The notes under the pieces were generated by a model that saw only the letters and a program-made list of their open reading frames with translations, had not been told where the DNA came from and ran no database searches. Shown here in pieces: positions 54,819 through 62,340 of a DNA stretch of 64,000 nucleotides (the first letter of the stretch is position 1; each line of letters starts with the position of its first letter). The stretch is from an uncultured Gammaproteobacteria bacterium (GTDB lineage: Bacteria; Patescibacteriota; Patescibacteriia; Magasanikbacterales; UBA922), in contig CAZQXB010000001.1 of NCBI GenBank assembly GCA_964597575.1, forward strand, positions 842,892 through 906,891, written 5' to 3'. A program made the translations under genes and the position numbers.

Positions 54819-56918
54819 CTATCGAACTCCAACCGGACTAATTGCCGGTCTCTGTAAAACAGAAATACATGCAGGAATATCTGCTTGTACTCGCAAATTT
54901 TGACCCCCTTCTTGCAGCTGGGTCGTCTGAATGCATCCGGTATCTTGATCCACATTCGTCTGAGGCAATACCGGTGCACAGTTAGTTGAACGAACCACTA
55001 CTCCGTCAGCATTTTCCTCGTAATCACACATGGTAGGAAGTCCAGGAGAATTTGCGATTGGTCCACGACCGGGGTAAAAACAATTCTGGTTTGCCCCGCG
55101 AACACTACTTGGAACACGGACAAAGTAGTAGAACGGCTGTCCATTTGGACCGAACATTCGATGACGAAGTGTTACACGCGTAGAGAGAATACCGAGTGCG
55201 TCTGAAACTGACTCTGCTATTGGAGCAACCCAAGGAGCCTCGATGCCAGCTGGTGCAGGGTGTTCAGTAAGGCCAATATCAAGCAGGGTCGAAGGCCACA
55301 TAGCGCCCGCAAACGTCATTTCCGTTGGAGCATCACTTTGTACCGCTTCTTCGTCAATCGCAGGGCGAACTTCTCGAATATACGGCACACTCCGATCAAT
55401 AAGCGGCTCTACTTCAAAACTCCACCAAAAGTTATCAGGCGCCTGTTCTGTTGCACTTGCCCGGAGACTGGTTACGATTGACGGCTTATGAGGGTCTGCG
55501 AGACGACCATCACCCGGAAAAACTCCATTTCCATTTCTCGCTCCGCTACTGCTATCAAGGGCATTCCCGGCCATATCCATAACCCCACTAAATGGTACGG
55601 CCTCAAAACTATTACCAATAACATCTGCGGTACGAATAAGAACCGTAAGTGGGTTTGCACAAGCAGCATTGCTGTCATCGGTACAAATGGTTGGCAAACA
55701 ATACATGGCATCACCGCAACTATTGCGGCCACACGGCTCACTTGGGATAAATTCAACTGACTGATATCCATTCGATACGCGCCATTCTCCAGATGGCATC
55801 ACCCCATTCGCTGCGCTTGATCCAAACACAATATGGGTAAATACACCGGTTTGCCCCTGCACCACTGTTGGATCCATGGCCTCATTAAACTGCACCTGTA
55901 CAATGGTATTGCGAGCAATATCTGAAGCGTGATTCGGATAAATTTGTGTAACGCGTGGCGGAATGGTGTCGAGTTCAGTATTAGTTTCAAAATTCCAGCT
56001 ATAGCGCTGCGCACGCTCATTCGCAAAGATACTCGCACTTCTATTTTGCACCTGAATACCAGTAAGCAAATCAACAGTGTAGCGTACAGCATCTGTTTCA
56101 TTCCCCAAAAGTTCGAGTGGGCGAAAAAGTACCGTTCGAACGGTTCCGTCTCCGGCATAGCTGAGAATTGCCGCAAGCTCCACCCCAGATGGAGTACCTG
56201 AGGCGGTTAAACGAACTGCGGCCGTGGCTCGATCACAATCAAGACTCCAGTCCATAGGGCGGGCAGCAGGGGTAACACAGTCACCGAAAATACCGTTTCC
56301 ATTTCTATCGTCAGCGATACTGCCAGGGTAAACAGCCTCACGAAAGGTAACTGAAATACGACTATTTCGTGGGACATCACGCTGATTTCGGAACGGATAA
56401 TGATCGCGCACAGCACGCCCAAGAGCCCCACTCGCAAAAAAGGTGTCGCCTGTATTTCCTTGAGCAACAAACGCACCAGAGCCTGTTCCTGTTGCTCCGG
56501 CGAAACGAGATAAAATAAATCGAGTAATCCCCCAAGCTGACATGATAATAATGAGCCCAATGATGGCATTGGTAATAATCCTTCGACCTTCAGCAACAGC
56601 ATCTTCATTTCCATTAGAAAAGAGAATCTTCCCCCCTGCGTATAAAATAAGCCCAACCGTAATAATTCCAAGTAACGTTAAGAAAATATTAATAATCCGC
56701 AAAGCAATCACCCGAATGTCGGTTCCAGCAAGTGGCAGGGCATTATCAAGCGCCGTTACGCCAAGGGCGTCTGTATTGTCAGGAACATTCTGAGCAAAAC
56801 TAACCGTCAAATCAAAGGCTCCAAAAAAGCTAGCAACAAAAAAGACTGCCACAAGAAGTACCCCGAGGGTATGTGCAGTCTTCTTTGAGAATATATATTG
56901 TGTGAACCCCGGAAGCAT
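54819..56918 (-). CDS. Large surface protein (699 aa) with the same N-terminal signal peptide plus two-TM module as the giant protein. Paralogous upstream partner.
   Basis: N-termini align: ...ALGVTA[LF]D ... AGTDIRVI ... RIINIF ... YGG / ...NA.IGL.I..SA..I.RF.L.R.AGATG.G. Confidence 0.6.
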   Translation of the reverse strand: MLPGFTQYIFSKKTAHTLGVLLVAVFFVASFFGAFDLTVSFAQNVPDNTDALGVTALDNALPLAGTDIRVIALRIINIFLTLLGIITVGLILYAGGKILFSNGNEDAVAEGRRIITNAIIGLIIIMSAWGITRFILSRFAGATGTGSGAFVAQGNTGDTFFASGALGRAVRDHYPFRNQRDVPRNSRISVTFREAVYPGSIADDRNGNGIFGDCVTPAARPMDWSLDCDRATAAVRLTASGTPSGVELAAILSYAGDGTVRTVLFRPLELLGNETDAVRYTVDLLTGIQVQNRSASIFANERAQRYSWNFETNTELDTIPPRVTQIYPNHASDIARNTIVQVQFNEAMDPTVVQGQTGVFTHIVFGSSAANGVMPSGEWRVSNGYQSVEFIPSEPCGRNSCGDAMYCLPTICTDDSNAACANPLTVLIRTADVIGNSFEAVPFSGVMDMAGNALDSSSGARNGNGVFPGDGRLADPHKPSIVTSLRASATEQAPDNFWWSFEVEPLIDRSVPYIREVRPAIDEEAVQSDAPTEMTFAGAMWPSTLLDIGLTEHPAPAGIEAPWVAPIAESVSDALGILSTRVTLRHRMFGPNGQPFYYFVRVPSSVRGANQNCFYPGRGPIANSPGLPTMCDYEENADGVVVRSTNCAPVLPQTNVDQDTGCIQTTQLQEGGQNLRVQADIPACISVLQRPAISPVGVR

Positions 56919-56951
56919 GATACCAAGGAATCACGAATGAATCAGAACAAT

Positions 56952-57389
56952 CTAGGCCAGAAGTTCGGTGACCATGGCTCGAACCCGAGCCCCGTCTGCC
57001 TCGCCTCTTACCTCTTTCATTACCGCACCCATCACTTTCCCAACATCTTTCACATCTCCAAGCGACGCGATTACTTTCTGAATACGTGCTTTGAGATCTT
57101 CATCAGGAATCTGTGCTGGCAGATATGCCTCAAGTACGGCAATCTCGGCCAGTGCAGCTTCTTGTAAATCAGTTCGTCCGCCTTTTTCATATTCTGAAAC
57201 GGCATCCTTGAGCTGTTTTACTTGTTTTTGAACCACACCAACAATCGCCTCATCCGAAAGCGGTTCTTTATTATCAATATCCGCATTCCGAATTGCCGAC
57301 CACAACATCCGAAGAGGGTTGAGCCGGGCCTGATTTTTGGTTTTCATGGCTTCCACTTGAGCCTCTTTAATTTGGTCGCGAAGCGACAT
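56952..57389 (-). CDS. GatB/YqeY domain protein.
   Basis: Full-length YqeY-like similarity (MSLRDQIKEAQVEAMK ... GKVMGAVMKEVRGEADG). Confidence 0.7.
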   Translation of the reverse strand: MSLRDQIKEAQVEAMKTKNQARLNPLRMLWSAIRNADIDNKEPLSDEAIVGVVQKQVKQLKDAVSEYEKGGRTDLQEAALAEIAVLEAYLPAQIPDEDLKARIQKVIASLGDVKDVGKVMGAVMKEVRGEADGARVRAMVTELLA

Positions 57390-57406
57390 ACAAAATACCA
57401 GTATTA

Positions 57407-57658
57407 CTACGCTCGTTTAAAACGCTGCTGAGGTTCTTCCTCTAAAGGAAGTTTCCCTGTTTTGCGCAGATATTGCTCTTTTGACTGTTCTTGAGCGTAG
57501 GCAACCGCCTGTTTGCGGCGAACATTACGACTTTTTGGCGGCGTGTAATATTTTACTTTTTTCGCCTGAAGAATCTTGCCTGATTGTTGCCAGCTTCGTT
57601 TAACCCGGCGCATGAACCCTTCAAAAGATTCCCCTTTCTTTCGTTTCATTTCTGACAT
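57407..57658 (-). CDS. rpsU: 30S ribosomal protein S21.
   Basis: Small basic protein with S21-like KRSWQQSGKILQ ... YTPPKSRNVRRKQA. Confidence 0.75.
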   Translation of the reverse strand: MSEMKRKKGESFEGFMRRVKRSWQQSGKILQAKKVKYYTPPKSRNVRRKQAVAYAQEQSKEQYLRKTGKLPLEEEPQQRFKRA

Positions 57659-57745
57659 AAACCACTCGTCACCTCCTCATGGGTGAATTAAAAATAGATA
57701 ATACCTTCACTATAGCAGGTTTTTTTTGACTCGTCAATTGCCGTC

Positions 57746-59155
57746 TTAGGCCTTCCCTTGGAGAATTTTCCGAACATGGACGGAGAGCTGTTTTTCGTCA
57801 ATAATCTCCTGAATTCCTGAAGCCATATCCCGAATAATCACTGTACCATCCTGGATCTCTTTTTGACCCAAAATAATCGCATGAGTAACGGCCAAACGAT
57901 TTGCGATCTCAAGCTGCGCCTTCAGAGAGCCTTTTGCCAAGGCATGGTATACAAATACCCCATCACGACGCATGGTTTCAATAAGTTTAAGTGCGCGGCG
58001 GCGTGATTGTTCGCCTAAATGAGCGAAAAACAAGCGGGAAAACGGTTCAAATACCTGCGCCTGACCGCCCTTTGCCTCATCATTTTTCCGCATAATCGCA
58101 ATAATGCGCTCTACCCCAAGGCCAAACCCTGCAGCAGGAGTCGGTCTCCCCCCAAGCTGTTCCACCAGTCCGTCATAGCGTCCTCCGCCACCTAAAGAGA
58201 GCGGTCGACTTCCTTCAGCAGCCACTTGGTCTTCAGCAAAAAACTCGAAAACCGTATCAGAATAGTAATCAAGTCCACGAACAAGAGTTGGTTCTGGTAA
58301 ATACGGAATCTCCATCTCGTCGAGATACTCGAGGACGTGCATGAAGTACTTACGGGAATCATCGGAAAGCCAATCAATAATCTTCGGTGCCTCAGCAATG
58401 AGTTCCTGATCCTCAGGTTCTTTTGAATCTAGAATACGAAGTGGGTTTTTTACGAGGCGCTTCTTCGATTCTTCAGAGAGCGCATGGCGCTTGCTTCGGA
58501 AATAACCGACGAGCTCAACCAAATAGCGCTCACGATCTTCTTTTGTACCAATACTATTCACATGAACACGAGTCATCACACCCAAATCGCGCATAAAATT
58601 ATACGCAAGGGCAATAAGCTCCGCATCAATTACTGCATCGCGCTCTCCGAGCACATCGGCGTTAAATTGATGAAATTGACGATAACGGCCAGCCTGGGGA
58701 CGATCATGGCGAAACACTGGTCCGAGATCCCATACTTTTACCGGCTGTGGAACAGCATGCAAACCATGTTCGATGTATGCACGGGCAACAGAGGCTGTGG
58801 TTTCTGGACGAAGTGCAATCTTTTTGGCCTCAGCATCTTCAAAGACATACATTTCTTTGTCGACCACATCTGTCCCCTTCCCTACACCACGCACAAAAAG
58901 GTTCGCATCTTCCAAAATGGGTGTGCCAATATGGCCGAACCCATACGCCTCAGAAACATTTTCTGCAGCGTGTGTTACTTTTTTCCAATAGTGCTCCTCA
59001 CGAGGCAAAATATCACGCATGCCCCGAAGAAGGGAAAACGTTTTTGCTGATTTCGCAGCAGGAGCAACTGCGGGTGCAGCCTGAGCCTTCGCTGGAGCCG
59101 ATGCCTTTTTTGGCGCTGTTTTTTTTGCAGCTGGTTTGGTTTTTTTAGTCGTCAT
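57746..59155 (-). CDS. hisS: Histidine--tRNA ligase, with a Lys/Ala-rich N-terminal extension of about 40 aa.
   Basis: Class II aaRS motifs (LRGMRDILP, FRHDRPQAGRYRQFHQ, GGGRYDGL) and an anticodon-binding C-domain. Confidence 0.85.
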   Translation of the reverse strand: MTTKKTKPAAKKTAPKKASAPAKAQAAPAVAPAAKSAKTFSLLRGMRDILPREEHYWKKVTHAAENVSEAYGFGHIGTPILEDANLFVRGVGKGTDVVDKEMYVFEDAEAKKIALRPETTASVARAYIEHGLHAVPQPVKVWDLGPVFRHDRPQAGRYRQFHQFNADVLGERDAVIDAELIALAYNFMRDLGVMTRVHVNSIGTKEDRERYLVELVGYFRSKRHALSEESKKRLVKNPLRILDSKEPEDQELIAEAPKIIDWLSDDSRKYFMHVLEYLDEMEIPYLPEPTLVRGLDYYSDTVFEFFAEDQVAAEGSRPLSLGGGGRYDGLVEQLGGRPTPAAGFGLGVERIIAIMRKNDEAKGGQAQVFEPFSRLFFAHLGEQSRRRALKLIETMRRDGVFVYHALAKGSLKAQLEIANRLAVTHAIILGQKEIQDGTVIIRDMASGIQEIIDEKQLSVHVRKILQGKA

Positions 59156-59176
59156 AGAGCGATATCAAAGAGTAGA

Positions 59177-59908
59177 TTATTCAGATGTTGTGGTTTCGTA
59201 ACTTGGTGTCGTAAAAATACCGGCTTTCGAAAATGGCCACCCACGGAACCAGGCGCGACCAACAATACTTTGGCGATCGATAGGGCCGAACCCTCGAGAA
59301 TCAAAACTTTCATCTCGATTATCTCCCATAACAAAGTACTGAAGATCAGTTAAAACAAAGTTTTTGTCGGTTCTAGGAGTTGGTTCTGCCAAGTAGGTTT
59401 CCTGAAGGACAAAGCCTTGAGGAAACTCTGAATTGTAGATAATAATTTGCCCTTCTTTGATGGAAACCCGTTCACCCGGAAGACCGATGACACGTTTCAG
59501 GTAATGCTCAGTCGGGTTGACCGGAGACACAATGACAACCACCTCACCTCGCTGTACGTTTTCCTGATGCTGCAAGGTGCGCAATCGGTAGGTAAGCTTA
59601 TCGATAATCAAGTACTCATTTTCATGAAAGTTTGGTTCCATTGACTTACCCTTCACATAAAAAGGTTTGAAGAGGAACGTACGCACAAGACCAATGGTAA
59701 TCCCTGCCAACACCACAATTTTAATCACCTCAAGAAAAAAAAGGCCAAGAGACGAAAAAAACGAAGTGTCAGACGAGCCCGGCGGCGGCGTGGGAGGGGT
59801 ACCAACTGGTGCGAAAGGCTGATTTTCCACAAAAAATTGGCTAAAATAAGAAAAAAGTATTGGTACTATAGCAGGAAAATAGGGGTGTGTCAATGTAAGA
59901 AGAAGCAA
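59177..59908 (-). CDS. lepB: Signal peptidase I.
   Basis: GKSMEP (catalytic Ser box) and GDNRDESFDSRGFG box E. Confidence 0.75.
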   Translation of the reverse strand: MLLLTLTHPYFPAIVPILFSYFSQFFVENQPFAPVGTPPTPPPGSSDTSFFSSLGLFFLEVIKIVVLAGITIGLVRTFLFKPFYVKGKSMEPNFHENEYLIIDKLTYRLRTLQHQENVQRGEVVVIVSPVNPTEHYLKRVIGLPGERVSIKEGQIIIYNSEFPQGFVLQETYLAEPTPRTDKNFVLTDLQYFVMGDNRDESFDSRGFGPIDRQSIVGRAWFRGWPFSKAGIFTTPSYETTTSE

Positions 59909-59980
59909 CGTATTTTTAGTGGAAACTTACAATTCTTGCGGCGTGGAGTATACTCACTATGTACTCTAAAACGCTTTTTT

Positions 59981-61057
59981 ATGAAAAGAATACTTTTACT
60001 CACCCTTCTCGCAATCCTCCTTCTCCCCTATCGCACACTTGCAACGAGCGAGGCGACAACCACAGACAGGGCACGAATGAGAAATGCTCCATCAACCATA
60101 AATACCGCTACGCTGCTCGTGATACCAAAAGGCGCAGCGGTGACTGTTTTTGAAGAAACAGATGGATGGTCGCGACTCTCATACGGAAATAAAGAAGGGT
60201 GGACCGCGAGTTGGCTTTTAAAGCCAACGATAGCAGTCACCCCTCAGACACCAAGTACTGCCACCCTAAATGAACATGGACAATACATAAGTGCTGCTCG
60301 AGTTCGAAGTGGAGCATCACTCTCAGGTGCGATTGTTACTACCCTCTCGAAAGGAACCGGAGTCGACATTCTTGAAGAAGTTTCTGGATGGTACCGCGTT
60401 CGGACGACAGCAGGCGTCGAGGGTTTTACCGCCACATGGCTTATTACAAAAATACCGGCCTCTCCACCTCCAGAACCAACCCCGCCTCCACCAACACCGA
60501 TATTACCCAGAGCTACACCCCAACCCCAAGTAATAGATGCCAGTGTTCAGCAAGTAGGGGTTGTACCAAGTGATGTTGACCTTACACAACTGAGTCAGTA
60601 TTGGTTAGAAAAAGTAAATTCTCTCCGACGAGAAAAAGGGCTCCGTGAACTTGTGCTCGATCAACGCTTCGTGAATACTGCGAGTGAGTATGCCGGGTAT
60701 ATGGGAACAACAGGGGCAAAAAACCACGAACGAGCAGATGGAAAAACCATGCACCAATGGATTGACAGCCAAGGCCTCGCTTTTACGAAGCGCTATAGTG
60801 CCGGTGGTTGGCAGACCAATTATTTTAGCGAAAATATTTCTTGGGGATATGCTTCGGGAAACACTGAAGCCGTGAAAAAAGTACTCGATGATACCATGGA
60901 CATGTACTTGGCCGAGGCTTCGTATAATGGCGCACATTATCGCACAACGTATCACCCGGATTGGAATGTTCTTGGTGTAGGATTTTATTTTAAAGACGAG
61001 GGGGATGGACGGTACCAGGTGTTTTGCGTGTTTCATTATGGAAGTCTGACGCTTTAG
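59981..61057 (+). CDS. Secreted protein with two SH3b domains, a Pro-rich linker and a C-terminal CAP/SCP (YkwD-like) domain.
   Basis: Signal peptide MKRILLLTLLAILLLPYRTLA. Two SH3b-like modules. C-terminal YkwD-like segment. Confidence 0.5.
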   Translation: MKRILLLTLLAILLLPYRTLATSEATTTDRARMRNAPSTINTATLLVIPKGAAVTVFEETDGWSRLSYGNKEGWTASWLLKPTIAVTPQTPSTATLNEHGQYISAARVRSGASLSGAIVTTLSKGTGVDILEEVSGWYRVRTTAGVEGFTATWLITKIPASPPPEPTPPPPTPILPRATPQPQVIDASVQQVGVVPSDVDLTQLSQYWLEKVNSLRREKGLRELVLDQRFVNTASEYAGYMGTTGAKNHERADGKTMHQWIDSQGLAFTKRYSAGGWQTNYFSENISWGYASGNTEAVKKVLDDTMDMYLAEASYNGAHYRTTYHPDWNVLGVGFYFKDEGDGRYQVFCVFHYGSLTL

Positions 61058-61072
61058 GGCGTGGATCGGAAT

Positions 61073-61190
61073 CTCACTCGTCGCTTCGCTCCTCTTGGGA
61101 AAGGGTTTCCACCCCTTCCCAACCTTCCCCCAACTGAAGTGAGAACCTTCCGGTTCTCGAACCCTCCCCCGGTTCGACTCCATCAATCCC
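61073..61190 (-). repeat. Copy 3 of the structured repeat (minus orientation). Its outer end GGTTCGACTCCATC is identical to the T-arm 3' half of the adjacent tRNA-Ile, but on the opposite strand.
   Basis: Alignment with copies 1 and 2. Track ORF 61061..61294 is only a translation of this repeat. Confidence 0.65.
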
Positions 61191-61203
61191 AACACACGAA
61201 TAC

Positions 61204-61232
61204 AAAAACAGACGCGCGATGCGTCTGTTTTT
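61204..61232. terminator. Bidirectional-type hairpin terminator (CAGACGC-gcgat-GCGTCTG flanked by A/T runs) downstream of tRNA-Ile.
   Basis: Read directly. Confidence 0.6.
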
Positions 61233-61239
61233 GTATTCG

Positions 61240-61313
61240 TGGGCGTGGATGGAGTCGAACCATCGACCTTTACATTATCAGTGTAACGCTCTAACCAACT
61301 GAGCTACACGCCC
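61240..61313 (-). tRNA. tRNA-Ile (GAT).
   Basis: Cloverleaf folded by hand: acceptor GGGCGTG/CACGCCC, anticodon loop CTGATAA, T-arm GATGGTTCGACTCCATC. Confidence 0.85.
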
Positions 61314-61322
61314 ATGTCCCCG

Positions 61323-61396
61323 TGGGTCCGAGAAGAGTCGAACTTCTGACCTCCACAATGTCAATGTGGCGCTCTAACCAACTGAGCTACGAACCC
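61323..61396 (-). tRNA. tRNA-Val (GAC).
   Basis: Cloverleaf folded by hand: acceptor GGGTTCG/CGGACCC (one G-U), anticodon loop TTGACAT, T-arm AGAAGTTCGACTCTTCT. Confidence 0.8.
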
Positions 61397-61485
61397 TTCT
61401 CAAACTAAAATGCAAAAAGAGTATAACCCATTCTTTCTCACCTGTCAATACAAAAAACCAGCCTTTCGGCCGGTTATTTGTGATA

Positions 61486-61824
61486 TTAGATGTTCAAATT
61501 TTCTACAGCGCTCGTATCGATATCATCGTTGTAGTGCGCTGCGGCAACCGGAGCCTGGAACGAAGGTCCACGACCACCAGCTGGTTCATTAATTTTCAAA
61601 TTAACGCGGGCATTGTTTTTTGCCCCAACCACACGAAGTAAGGTGCGGATCGCTCGGGCAGTTTGACCTTGACGGCCAATCACATATCCCATATCACTTG
61701 GGTTCACGTCAAGCGTGATAAGAACCCCACGTTCGTCCACCGTACGAGTTGTTTTCACATCGTTCGGATTGTTGACAATGGCTTTCACCACGAAGTCAAC
61801 GAATTGCAAATCTGATTCCGGCAT
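61486..61824 (-). CDS. KH-domain RNA-binding protein (UPF0109/YlqC-like), the usual partner of rpsP.
   Basis: KH GxxG loop (VIGRQGQTARAIRTLL). Position downstream of rpsP. Confidence 0.7.
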   Translation of the reverse strand: MPESDLQFVDFVVKAIVNNPNDVKTTRTVDERGVLITLDVNPSDMGYVIGRQGQTARAIRTLLRVVGAKNNARVNLKINEPAGGRGPSFQAPVAAAHYNDDIDTSAVENLNI

Positions 61825-61908
61825 AGGAAATCGTTACAGAAATAATTGAATGAACAAAGAACTGCAATAAAGTATACCAAGTCCTGAAAAAACCTGTCAA
61901 TTCTTATT

Positions 61909-62235
61909 TTACGCTGCTTTGGCTTTCTTTGCTTCGAGTTTCGCTTTGCGCTTCTTCGAAACAATCACTGAGCGGCGTTTTTCCCCTGCTTTCATAATGC
62001 CAGCTTTCGCAAGCACATTTTCCATAGTAACTGAAGCCTGAGCTCCAAGTGAGAGCCAGTGCTTTACGCGATCAGCGTCTACGATCAACTGTTTTTCCGC
62101 ATCTTTACTGAGCGGATAATACTGACCCAAAAGTTCCAAATACCGACCTTGAGTATCACGACGTTTGTCTGACACGATAATGCGGTATGTTGGGGCTTTG
62201 ATTTTTCCGACACGCTGCAAGCGAATCATGAGCAT
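61909..62235 (-). CDS. rpsP: 30S ribosomal protein S16, with a Lys/Ala-rich C-terminal tail.
   Basis: MIRLQRVGKIKAPTYRIIVSDKRRDTQGRYLELLGQYYP signature. Confidence 0.85.
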   Translation of the reverse strand: MLMIRLQRVGKIKAPTYRIIVSDKRRDTQGRYLELLGQYYPLSKDAEKQLIVDADRVKHWLSLGAQASVTMENVLAKAGIMKAGEKRRSVIVSKKRKAKLEAKKAKAA

Positions 62236-62340
62236 AATACCTGATGTACATTACCTCAACGAATAAATAAATTGACGGATCTGTGAGAGTGATCCGAAGT
62301 ATAGCACAAAAACACGAAAAAGGTCAAGACCGGCCTGCTT

